A stretch of 64,000 nucleotides of DNA from an uncultured candidate division Zixibacteria bacterium (lineage in GTDB: Bacteria; Zixibacteria; MSB-5A5; GN15; FEB-12): contig CAVTJJ010000004.1 of NCBI GenBank assembly GCA_963735035.1, forward strand, positions 1,120,001 through 1,184,000, given 5' to 3'. Every line of letters starts with the position of its first letter. The first letter of the stretch is position 1. The notes beneath the pieces were generated by a model, which was given only the letters and a program-made list of their open reading frames with translations, searched no databases and was not told the origin of the DNA. The position numbers and the translations under genes are program-made. Below, one piece after another: positions 1 through 8,809 of the stretch.

Positions 1-1853
1 GTCTCGACGAACTTCGGCGCGCCTGGGACAGCCTGCGTCGCGATTTCGACGGTACCACCATAGAATCTAAGAAGATCAGCGCCAAGCTGGAAGACGCGCT
101 GGAGAAGTTGAACCATTCGCTGGTGGCCCCGTTGGTCGCGGACAAGATCAATTTGCTCAAGCGACGTTACCCCGATGCCAGAGTTGTCGGCTACCTCGAG
201 GACGTGGACAACGCGTTGATGAGCGATCTGGATCGATTCCTCGAAGCGCGGCCGCGACGGGGCGAGGAAGATGCCCCGGCTTTTCGCAAGCAGGAGCCTT
301 TTGAAGAATTCTCGGTCAATCTGATCCTGGACAACTCCGAGACGCAAGGGGTGCCGATTGTTATCGAGAAATCCCCTTCCTATAAGAACCTATTTGGCTC
401 TCTGGAGCGCGTAGTAGACCGGTTCGGGTACTGGCGCACCGATTTTACCCGAATCTTTAGCGGCTCGCTTCTCCGCGCCAGCGGCGGGTATCTGGTCATG
501 AACGCGACCGATGTCTTTACCGAGCCGGGCGTATGGGTGTTTCTGAAACGGGCGATCCGCAACGGCGAGCTCGAAATTGCCGCCTACGATCCATTCTCGA
601 TGATGGCCGGTTCGGGGATCAAACCGGAACCGATTCCCCTGAACGTCAAAGTCGTGTTGATCGGCGATTCCAATATCTACAACATTCTCTGGCATTACGA
701 CGACGATTTCAAGAAGATCTTCAAAATCAAAGCCGAGTTTGACACTGTAGTGCCGTTCGACCACGGCAGTATGGACAACTACTATGGTTTCATCGCGCGC
801 CTGGTGCGCGATGAAAATCTGCCCTCGCTGGATCTTTCGGGCATGCACGCGGTGGTCGAATACGGCCGACGCCTGGCGGGACACCGCGACAAGCTCAGCG
901 TCCGGTTTACGCCGGTCGCGGACATTATTCGTGAAGGATCGTTTTTCGCTCGGCAGCGGAAAGCCAAACAGATCTCCCGGCGTGATATCCAGGAAGCGGT
1001 CGTGAATCGCCGCCGCCGTCTCAATCTGATCGAAGACAAAGTCCAGGAAATGTATGATCACGAAATGCTCCTGGTCACGACCACCGGCAAGGCGGTCGGG
1101 CAGATTAACGGTCTGGCCGTGTATTCATCGGGTGAGTATCCGTTTGGACGTCCGGCTCGAATAACGGTCAACACATCGCTTGGCAAGGCCGGGATTATTA
1201 ATATTGAGCGTGAAGCCGATCTGTCCGGGCCGCTGCATACCAAGGGAGTGGCGATTCTGGCCGGCTACTTCCGCCAGATGTTCGCCCAGGACAAACCGCT
1301 CTCGATGTCGGCTTCGATCTCATTTGAACAGTCGTACTCCGGGGTTGACGGCGATTCGGCATCATCAACAGAGATTTACGCCATTCTCTCCTCTCTGACC
1401 GGACTGCCTATCAAGCAGAGTATCGCCGTCACCGGGTCGGTCAATCAGAAGGGCGAGATTCAACCTATCGGCGGTGTGAATGAAAAGATCGAAGGTTTCT
1501 TTGACGTATGCAAAAGCCGCCGTCTCACCGGAAGTCAGGGTGTAATCATTCCCTGGCAGAACGTGCAGGACCTGCTACTTCGCCCGGATGTTATCGATGC
1601 CGTCAAGGCCGGCAAGTTTCATATCTATCCGATCAAGACGGTGGCGGAAGGCATTGAGATTCTCACCGGCGTGCCGGGAGGGAAACGTCTCGTGCGCGGA
1701 GGCTTCACACCTAAATCGGTCTTCGCTTTGGCCGATGAGAAGCTGCGACAGATGGCGTTGGATTTCGAGCGTTTCGGTCGACCACCTTCAGGCAAGGACA
1801 AGAAGAACAATCGCGGCAAGAAGGCGGGCAACGGAAACAACAACGACGATTGA
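1..1853 (+). CDS. Lon-family (LonB/LonC-like) AAA+ protease, 5'-truncated by the window edge
   Basis: The frame is open from nt 3. It has an AAA_32-like region (GSLLRASGGYL) and a Lon protease domain with the Ser-Lys dyad (DGDSASS ... GGVNEKI). Confidence 0.9.
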   Translation, partial: LDELRRAWDSLRRDFDGTTIESKKISAKLEDALEKLNHSLVAPLVADKINLLKRRYPDARVVGYLEDVDNALMSDLDRFLEARPRRGEEDAPAFRKQEPFEEFSVNLILDNSETQGVPIVIEKSPSYKNLFGSLERVVDRFGYWRTDFTRIFSGSLLRASGGYLVMNATDVFTEPGVWVFLKRAIRNGELEIAAYDPFSMMAGSGIKPEPIPLNVKVVLIGDSNIYNILWHYDDDFKKIFKIKAEFDTVVPFDHGSMDNYYGFIARLVRDENLPSLDLSGMHAVVEYGRRLAGHRDKLSVRFTPVADIIREGSFFARQRKAKQISRRDIQEAVVNRRRRLNLIEDKVQEMYDHEMLLVTTTGKAVGQINGLAVYSSGEYPFGRPARITVNTSLGKAGIINIEREADLSGPLHTKGVAILAGYFRQMFAQDKPLSMSASISFEQSYSGVDGDSASSTEIYAILSSLTGLPIKQSIAVTGSVNQKGEIQPIGGVNEKIEGFFDVCKSRRLTGSQGVIIPWQNVQDLLLRPDVIDAVKAGKFHIYPIKTVAEGIEILTGVPGGKRLVRGGFTPKSVFALADEKLRQMALDFERFGRPPSGKDKKNNRGKKAGNGNNNDD

Positions 1854-2024
1854 CGTGTGTAGCGACTGCGTCGCTCCGATCGCACCGGGCCAAAACACAT
1901 TTTCCCCTTGACTTATTTGCGAGTGGAGCTTTGTTTCATTCGAACCAAAGAGGTTCAATGCGCAAAGCTAACGAGATCAGTGTCGTCGGTGATTCACTTG
2001 AGCGATCAATCTCTTAGCAAAAAT

Positions 2025-2056
2025 AAGGCGCGGCCTTGATTCAGCCGCGCCTTTTC
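2025..2056. terminator. Bidirectional intrinsic terminator
   Basis: Perfect 10-bp stem AAGGCGCGGC/GCCGCGCCTT, flanked by A and T tracts, between convergent units. Confidence 0.8.
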
Positions 2057-2114
2057 TATTGTGCAATTACTCTTGTATGACTCGTTGCACTTCGAATAAC
2101 ACCTCTTGTCTCGA

Positions 2115-5100
2115 TCAAAAATCCGCGCCGAATGAGAAATAGTGGGTGGGGTGGGCGCTGACCGTATTAAAGTCGGTCGCCCAGGCAACGTCATAGCGCA
2201 GCAGTGCGAAACCGAACAAGTTGACTCGCATGCCCCAGCCGAATCCGGTCTTGATGTCGTTGAGGCGGCTGACACCATTCTCCTTAACCCGCCCCTTGAA
2301 TTTGTCCCCGTACCAGGCCGAGCCGATATCGGTGAACAGCGCGCCGGTGATATTGCTCAGTAAAATCGGCAGAGGATACTTCATGGCGAAATACTGTACG
2401 AGCGGGAAGCGCAGCTCCCAGTTGATCAAGCCGTAGCGGTCGCCGGAGAGGCCGTAGTTTTCCCAACCGCGCAATGGCGTAATGACGTCGGAGAAATATA
2501 GATTCTCGACATCATAGACCTTGGGTTCAAGCGTGCGGTTGCCGAGCCAGTTGGTGGTGCCGCCGAGAAAATACAGTTTCGGTGTGTGGCCGAATGAGGC
2601 ACCGCCGCTGAAGCGAAGCGCCATCGATACCGTACTGGCAATGTGCCAGTATTTGCGGTAATCGAAACCGGCGGAATAGAAGCTGATACCGTTATTGTCA
2701 AACAGGTCGTTGCCGCCATCGAGAGTAAATTTCACTCTCCGTCCGTTCATCGGCGCGGTATAGCCCCACAGGACGTTGTCGAAAACGTACGAACCTGAGA
2801 CACTGGTTATTCGCGAACTGCGGTTGGGACGAGGGTCGCCCAGATCGCGATCGTAGTACTTGCGGTCGATGAATACTTCGCCCAGCGATGCTTCCAATCG
2901 GCTGAAGGTGGAAAACGGGCGAGAGGCGAATCCCTGTATACCGTAGAAACGATCGGAGAACAGAAAGTTGTAAGAATCCACGTAGTAGTTCTTGGTGTGG
3001 AACCCACCCACCCCCAGACTCGTCCGATGAGTATTGTTGAAATAGAATGACTGAATGAACGACTGATCGAGGCTGTTGACAAAATCAGTAGCGACATACA
3101 CCTGATGGTCACCGACATAGTCCGAGAAGAGAAAGACCGTCTGGCCGCGTACGCCGAAGAACGTGTCGTAGGTGAAGCCGCCCCCCACAAAATCGGTCGT
3201 CAGTCTGGCCTTGTAGCGATTGACGGTGTATTCGCCGCTGGGCAGCCGGGAAGGAATCGAGTCAAACGCGGCCGGTTCTGCTCGACGCCAGTTGGCCTGG
3301 GAGCTGTCGCGGTCCTTTTTGACATCCTGTAGGACTGAATCGAGTGCGATTTCATCGGCGCTCGCGACCCGCACAAACTCGTCGTTATATATCCCGGTCT
3401 TGGTCTCTGTCTTAGTCGTATCGGTCTTGGTCGGAGGAGTTGCCGCGACAGCCGAAGTAGTGTCCGTCAGGCTGGTATCCGTCGAGGCCGTCAAAGCCGT
3501 GTCCTGAGGCGGAATTATGGTAGCGACGGAACTGGTGTCGACCGTTATCACGCTAACAGTGTCAACCTTCACAGAATCGGCTGCGGCTATCGCGCCTGAC
3601 TTGGTCGAGTCTGCTTTCGCGACTGGTCCGGCCTGCGATTCTTCCTTGGGCGGCTCGGGAATATTGTATTTGCCCTGGACGAAATCCGTCTCGGCCAGAA
3701 CGCCGTTATTGCCCGCGGGCACCAGATTCTCGAGCATGAAGATATCAAAGGCGCCCTTATAGAATGCGGAGAACGCAATCTTTCCTCCGGTGGGCGCCCA
3801 GCAAATGTGTCGCACTCCGGTCAGGATATCGGTCACCGCGTAATAGCGCGTCGAATCAAGTGACCCGACATAGATATTGTCGATCCCGTTTCGATTGGAA
3901 ATAAAGGCTATCCTGGTGCCGTCTGGGGATACCATAGGCTGATGGTTTTGTCCGGGCCCCACATTAACCGGCCGAAGGTTGGTGCCGTCCACATTGACCC
4001 GAAACAGATTGTACATGCCGTACTGGAAGTCACCGGACAAGAGTGTGTCGGCCGGATTCGTCTTCGCGTGGCCCTGCTTATTGCCTACGATATTCGCCGG
4101 ATGCGGCCGATCGGACGAGAATACTATCTCGGCGGAATTTGGCAGCCACGACGGCTCCACATCGTCGTAACGGTCTTCGGTTATCCGGCTGATCTGGTCG
4201 GTGTCTACATGGTAGATGTAGATGTCCCGGGTGGGCCCATCGAGCGCCGAGAAGGCAACCATTTTCCCGTCGGGTGACCAGGACGGATCGGTAACGTTCT
4301 GATAGTTGAAGCGACGTTTCAGATATACGTCGCCGTTCGAGACTTTGACGAAGAAGAGCGATTCCTTGCCGTTGGACTTGGCCACGAATACGATGTTGTT
4401 GCCGTCGGGCGAAAACGACATCCCCGACACGTAGGCATGAAGCGATTCCAGGTCGCCCGAGCGCTCCGCGTGAACCAGGCGCTTGATTAGCTTGCCGTCG
4501 TAGGGTGAGATCAACACGATTTCGGTGTAGTCGGATTTGTCGGTGAAGATCGCGATCTCTTCGCCACCCGGAGCGAAGGCCGGCTTCTCGTTGAAATAGG
4601 AACCGTCCTCGCGGGCCTTCGTCAGTTGTTTGCCGACTTCGTTGGCTTCTTTCAAAGTGGCAATCGACGGCCAGTAGCGCCGTTTCATTTCCTTGGAGAA
4701 ACCCTCCCAGAAATCCTTTTCCTCAACTCCGAGCACCGCTTTCAAAGTCTTGCTCATGGTGAGGAGGATCTTGCCCTTCTGGATGATCTTGTAGATTTTG
4801 TCCTCACCGTATTTGTCGGCGATATACTTCACCATCGCCTGACCCTGTCGGTAGGCGAAGTAGTTGTATTCGAGATATTCCGGAGGCACCAGGTAGTTGT
4901 TGATCGTGGCGTCCCGCATAAACATGTCGGAATTGTAGTCCCAGCCGTGATTCGATGAATATTCGGCATACCCTTCAGAATACCAGGTCGGGAGATCAAA
5001 GAATCTCTGACGGGATATTATCGAGGAGAAGTTGGTTCCGAAGAGCATGTTGTGAATTACCGCATGGGTCAATTCGTGGTGAAGCACATGACGGAAATCC

Positions 5101-5483
5101 TCATAGGATCCGGTAAACGGGACGGCGATACGATTCTTGAAAGGTTCCGTGAACCCGCCGATCCCCTCGCTCAACATGCCTGAGATAATGTTGGTCTGCT
5201 GCATCTCGTTCTGAGAGTTGTAGAGAAACACCGGGACACGATTCTGGAGATTGTAGTTCAATTGGGCCGAGACCTCTTTGTAGGAGGACTCCAATACGTC
5301 AGCGGCGAACTTGGCTACGGAATAGGCGCCCGCGTAGAAATAGATGTCGAAATGGCGCGTCTGGATGTAACTCCACTCGAAGTCACGGTAGCGGACCTTG
5401 TTCTGGCCGAAGTAGGTTTCCTGAGCTCCGACCGTCGCTGCAAACATTACTAACGCTACTACCATCACCAGGACTTTTCGCAT
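2115..5483 (-). CDS. Peptidase MA-like + PD40/TolB beta-propeller + Omp85 (BamA/TamA) barrel outer-membrane protein
   Basis: Signal peptide MRKVLVM...VGA, HELTH and downstream EGYAEY zinc motifs, repeated PSWSPDG (PD40) motifs, barrel with LRGW and C-terminal FSFGADF. Confidence 0.85.
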   Translation of the reverse strand: MRKVLVMVVALVMFAATVGAQETYFGQNKVRYRDFEWSYIQTRHFDIYFYAGAYSVAKFAADVLESSYKEVSAQLNYNLQNRVPVFLYNSQNEMQQTNIISGMLSEGIGGFTEPFKNRIAVPFTGSYEDFRHVLHHELTHAVIHNMLFGTNFSSIISRQRFFDLPTWYSEGYAEYSSNHGWDYNSDMFMRDATINNYLVPPEYLEYNYFAYRQGQAMVKYIADKYGEDKIYKIIQKGKILLTMSKTLKAVLGVEEKDFWEGFSKEMKRRYWPSIATLKEANEVGKQLTKAREDGSYFNEKPAFAPGGEEIAIFTDKSDYTEIVLISPYDGKLIKRLVHAERSGDLESLHAYVSGMSFSPDGNNIVFVAKSNGKESLFFVKVSNGDVYLKRRFNYQNVTDPSWSPDGKMVAFSALDGPTRDIYIYHVDTDQISRITEDRYDDVEPSWLPNSAEIVFSSDRPHPANIVGNKQGHAKTNPADTLLSGDFQYGMYNLFRVNVDGTNLRPVNVGPGQNHQPMVSPDGTRIAFISNRNGIDNIYVGSLDSTRYYAVTDILTGVRHICWAPTGGKIAFSAFYKGAFDIFMLENLVPAGNNGVLAETDFVQGKYNIPEPPKEESQAGPVAKADSTKSGAIAAADSVKVDTVSVITVDTSSVATIIPPQDTALTASTDTSLTDTTSAVAATPPTKTDTTKTETKTGIYNDEFVRVASADEIALDSVLQDVKKDRDSSQANWRRAEPAAFDSIPSRLPSGEYTVNRYKARLTTDFVGGGFTYDTFFGVRGQTVFLFSDYVGDHQVYVATDFVNSLDQSFIQSFYFNNTHRTSLGVGGFHTKNYYVDSYNFLFSDRFYGIQGFASRPFSTFSRLEASLGEVFIDRKYYDRDLGDPRPNRSSRITSVSGSYVFDNVLWGYTAPMNGRRVKFTLDGGNDLFDNNGISFYSAGFDYRKYWHIASTVSMALRFSGGASFGHTPKLYFLGGTTNWLGNRTLEPKVYDVENLYFSDVITPLRGWENYGLSGDRYGLINWELRFPLVQYFAMKYPLPILLSNITGALFTDIGSAWYGDKFKGRVKENGVSRLNDIKTGFGWGMRVNLFGFALLRYDVAWATDFNTVSAHPTHYFSFGADF

Positions 5484-5545
5484 GACACGCAGCCTTTTTT
5501 CAGTTGACGTTTCCTTGACCCGATCGTTCAGGCGAGTCGCCGCGA

Positions 5546-6808
5546 TCAAGCCTTGACTCTCTCAATATCGGCTCCCAGGCGGGCGAACTGTTCCTCGATC
5601 CGGTAATACGCCCGGTCGAGATGATACACGCGTGACAATTCAGACCGGCCGTGGGCAGCCAAACAAGCCAGAGCAATCCCTGCTCCGGCCCTTATATCAG
5701 GTGCCATAACCGCGGCGCCCTGGAGTCGTTCCACGCCGTTTATGATGCCTTCGCCGCCCGAGGCGTTTATGTCGGCGCCCAGACGACGGAATTCCATGGC
5801 ATGGGCGAATCTATCTACGAAAACAGTGTCTCTGATATGAGAGGTTCCCGACGCTACGGCGCAGGCGGCCGATATACAGGCCTGCAAATCGGTCGGAAAT
5901 CCGGGAAAGGGGAAGGCCGTAACGTTGGTTGCGGTCAGTCGTTTCGGGGCTTTGACCACAAAACTCTCTTTGCGATATTCGATCGTACAGCCCATTTCGA
6001 CCAACTTGTGGAACACGACCGTGAGTTGATCGGCCGGGACGCCGGAAATTTCCAGTTGCCCGCCCGTAACTGCTGCGCCAATGGCAAACGTTCCCGCCAC
6101 CAGACGGTCTCCCGATACAGTATAGTCAGTCGCTTTCAGTTTTTTTACCGGTTCAATCGTGATTTCCGGTGTCCCGGCGCCGTAGACCTTGGCTCCGGCG
6201 GCGTTCAGGAAATTGGCCGTGTCGACCACTTCCGGGTCGCAGGCGGCATTCGTGATGATCGTGCGTTTCTTGGCCATCACAGCGCCGTACAGCAAGTTTT
6301 CCGTGCCGGTGTGGGAAGGTTTATCGAAATAGACCGACCCACCTGCCAGTGGTTTCCCCTTGGCGATCACATAGCCGCCCTCTTCGGTGACCGTCGCTCC
6401 GAGAGCCGCGAAGCCTTTTATGTGATAATCGACCGGCCGCGAACCGAGGACACACCCGCCGGGGAGCGATACTCGCGCCTCGCCCAAACGGGCCAGCAGC
6501 GGTCCCAGCACTAGGAACGAGCCCCGCATTTTGCACATCAGGTCGTACGGAGCGGTGGTCTCAGTAAGCTTTTCGGCGTTGATCGTGACAATTCGTGTCT
6601 TGCCGTCGTAGGTCACTTTCGCGCCGATATATTCCAGCATTTTTGACAGGGTATAGATGTCCTGGAGAGGCGGGACATTTCTGATGATCGTTTCCCCTTT
6701 GTCGATGAGCAGGGTGGCGGCGAGAATCGGAAGCGCCGCGTTCTTGGAACCATCAACCTTGATCTTGCCCTTGAGCACCGTTGGGCCGTTAATAACGAAC
6801 TTATCCAT
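5546..6808 (-). CDS. murA: UDP-N-acetylglucosamine 1-carboxyvinyltransferase
   Basis: GSKNAALP, LPGGCVLGSRPVD (catalytic Cys loop), PGFPTDLQ and DIRAGA motifs. SD AAGGA precedes the ATG at 6808. Confidence 0.97.
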   Translation of the reverse strand: MDKFVINGPTVLKGKIKVDGSKNAALPILAATLLIDKGETIIRNVPPLQDIYTLSKMLEYIGAKVTYDGKTRIVTINAEKLTETTAPYDLMCKMRGSFLVLGPLLARLGEARVSLPGGCVLGSRPVDYHIKGFAALGATVTEEGGYVIAKGKPLAGGSVYFDKPSHTGTENLLYGAVMAKKRTIITNAACDPEVVDTANFLNAAGAKVYGAGTPEITIEPVKKLKATDYTVSGDRLVAGTFAIGAAVTGGQLEISGVPADQLTVVFHKLVEMGCTIEYRKESFVVKAPKRLTATNVTAFPFPGFPTDLQACISAACAVASGTSHIRDTVFVDRFAHAMEFRRLGADINASGGEGIINGVERLQGAAVMAPDIRAGAGIALACLAAHGRSELSRVYHLDRAYYRIEEQFARLGADIERVKA

Positions 6809-7006
6809 GTCGTTCCTTTGTATTGCGAGTGATCGGGAATGTTCCCCGGCGCCGACGAAACTACGCCCGGCAGGCACACCTCCACCCACTAATTTCCCCA
6901 AAAGTGACCACTGGAAGCAAACTAAAGATTAATTGGATGGGCACTGGCGCAACAGAGTTAGGTCGCGTCAATGGAAAAACAATCCCACCGTTGGGTGGGT
7001 ACTGTA

Positions 7007-7570
7007 TCAGGCGGGTGGCTCTTCGGTCACCATCTCGGCGGGTTCATCGACCATTTCAAACGATTCCCGCACCCGGAGGAAGAACTCAATCGCTTCGCCC
7101 TGACAGAAATCAACCACCGTCCACGGGAGCCGCACGAACCGACCGCGCGAATAGACCAGCGCCAGTTCCGCGAAGACCCCGTCGCGAAGGTAGATGCGAT
7201 GGTTGTATTCCCGGTGGGTCGCCATGATGAGGTTGTCGGGGGTCAGAATGCCGGGGTCGATGTTGACCGTGCGAAAAGCGTAGTCCTGGACCAGGTCGCC
7301 GAACTGATTTTCGACTTTATGACAGGCCGCCTTGATTTCCGGCAGCCGGTCGCGCTCGACCAGACGCTCGAACGAATAGAACCGACGTTGCAGGCCGCTT
7401 CCCATTTCTTCGGTGTACTTGTCCGAAGTGTAAGCCAGTTCCATGGTTTCGCACTGGACCCGGCCGAACTGTTTTTCGAGCAACTTGAGCGCGTCGGCGA
7501 GACCGTCGAGGGAGTTGTAGATGATGGAGACGACGAGGCGTCCTTTGGGAGGTTTTTGAATCCGTGCCAT
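7007..7570 (-). CDS. DUF4416-family protein
   Basis: YTEEMG, RTVNIDPG, HRIYLRDG and LPWT motifs typical of DUF4416. Start placed at MARIQKP. Confidence 0.75.
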   Translation of the reverse strand: MARIQKPPKGRLVVSIIYNSLDGLADALKLLEKQFGRVQCETMELAYTSDKYTEEMGSGLQRRFYSFERLVERDRLPEIKAACHKVENQFGDLVQDYAFRTVNIDPGILTPDNLIMATHREYNHRIYLRDGVFAELALVYSRGRFVRLPWTVVDFCQGEAIEFFLRVRESFEMVDEPAEMVTEEPPA

Positions 7571-7665
7571 GGGGTGAGAGATACGCGGGGGAGGGGCCGA
7601 TGCGCAACAAAAACTCAGGGTGGAAGCGGATTTTGCGGGGGTGGGGGCAACAAACGATTTCGCCT

Positions 7666-8208
7666 TTATCGGCTCTTCCACTCCGTCCGCACCACCGAAA
7701 ACAACATCAAATCCCGCCAGCGACCACGATGCTTGATCCGTTTGCGTTCCGTCCCCTCATAAGTGAATCCGCACTTCTCCAAGACCCGCACTGACGACCC
7801 ATTCCCCTCGAACACATGCGCCTGAACCCGCATCTGCTTGAGGTCCTTGAATGCTACCCGAAGCGCCAATTTCACTGCTTCGGGCACGATCCCGCGACCA
7901 CGATATGACTGTCCGAGCCAATATCCCAACTCCACACAGCAATGTTTCCGGCTGATAACTTCCAGACCGATCCCGCCGATAAATTCGCCCGTCGACGGGT
8001 CCTCCAGCGCGTAATGATACGCCTCACCTTTGCGCCAGAACTTCGCCGACCGTCGGATAAATTCATGAGCTTCGCCCGGACCGTACGGGTACGGTATGAA
8101 TGTATTGCGAGCGACGGTGATATCGTTGGCGTGGCGGGCGATGTCGATGAAATCGGTGTGTCGAATCCGTCGAAGATTGACCAGGTGTCCCTGTACTTGC
8201 TCGATCAT
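7666..8208 (-). CDS. RimJ/RimL-family GNAT N-acetyltransferase
   Basis: IPYPY, ELGYWLG..YRGRGI and N..SVRVLEKCGF..EG motifs. Confidence 0.9.
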   Translation of the reverse strand: MIEQVQGHLVNLRRIRHTDFIDIARHANDITVARNTFIPYPYGPGEAHEFIRRSAKFWRKGEAYHYALEDPSTGEFIGGIGLEVISRKHCCVELGYWLGQSYRGRGIVPEAVKLALRVAFKDLKQMRVQAHVFEGNGSSVRVLEKCGFTYEGTERKRIKHRGRWRDLMLFSVVRTEWKSR

Positions 8209-8215
8209 GGGGTCT

Positions 8216-8244
8216 ATGATATTGCGCAGTTTGTTTCACGGCAA
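8216..8244 (-). promoter_or_regulatory. Sigma70-type promoter of the GNAT gene
   Basis: TTGCCG-N17-TATCAT on the minus strand, 7 nt before the ATG. Confidence 0.6.
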
Positions 8245-8255
8245 GGCACAAAACG

Positions 8256-8680
8256 GTGTGCCGTCGGGCTGCGCTATCCGTGGGCGGCACACGTCCTAGT
8301 TCGTACCGTGCCCCTTCTCTTTTGATCGGCAGGGTTCCAACCCTGCCGCACGTTTTCCGGCAGGCGCTGAGGCCTGCCGATTGAAATAGATGCGGTGTCG
8401 GGTTGCTCACGCCTCGCTTCGCGAAGCGTTCGTGAACCCGAATTACCAATTCATCGACCGCGGTCAGGCAGAGGCGCCTGGCTGCACACGAGCCGGCAGA
8501 TGTGGGCATCTGCCGGGCACGGCACTATGGGTGCCCCGCCTGAAGCGGGGCAAGACAGAAAAGGTCCATGACGAGGTGCCGTCGGGCGTCTCTGCCCGAC
8601 GGTTGGTGACAGGTCATCTGCGGTCAGGCAGAGGCACCTGGCTGCACAAGAGCCGGCAGATGTGGACATCTGCCGGGCAC
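8256..8680. repeat. Cluster of REP-like palindromes including a 61-bp direct repeat
   Basis: 8460-8520 and 8620-8680 are near-identical (3 mismatches), each containing CCGGCAGATG-N4-CATCTGCCGG. Further stems lie at 8256-8292, 8327-8348, ~8398-8442 and ~8579-8602. Confidence 0.75.
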
Positions 8681-8746
8681 ATTCACGGCATGCAGGGCGA
8701 TGCCTGCGAGACTCCTGACCGTACGATACCCACCCAAAACGACCGT

Positions 8747-8776
8747 TTGACTAAGGCCCACCATTCCCCGTATATT
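8747..8776 (+). promoter_or_regulatory. Sigma70-type promoter of hutU
   Basis: TTGACT-N18-TATATT upstream of an AAGGAG SD. Confidence 0.55.
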
Positions 8777-8809
8777 CCACGGCGTAACAAGGTTACCAAG
8801 GAGCCAGGA

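Noticed and set aside
1940..2020. c-di-GMP-I riboswitch (GCGCAAAGCTA resembles its core)
   Set aside because: There is no GNRA tetraloop/receptor or matching P1, and no downstream gene on this strand.
8460..8680. Possible CRISPR array
   Set aside because: There are only two 61-bp copies with a ~99-bp spacer, and no cas genes.
8390..8809. 140-aa N-terminal extension of HutU in the ORF track
   Set aside because: It runs through the palindromic repeat cluster. The promoter, SD and homology all point to ATG 8810.
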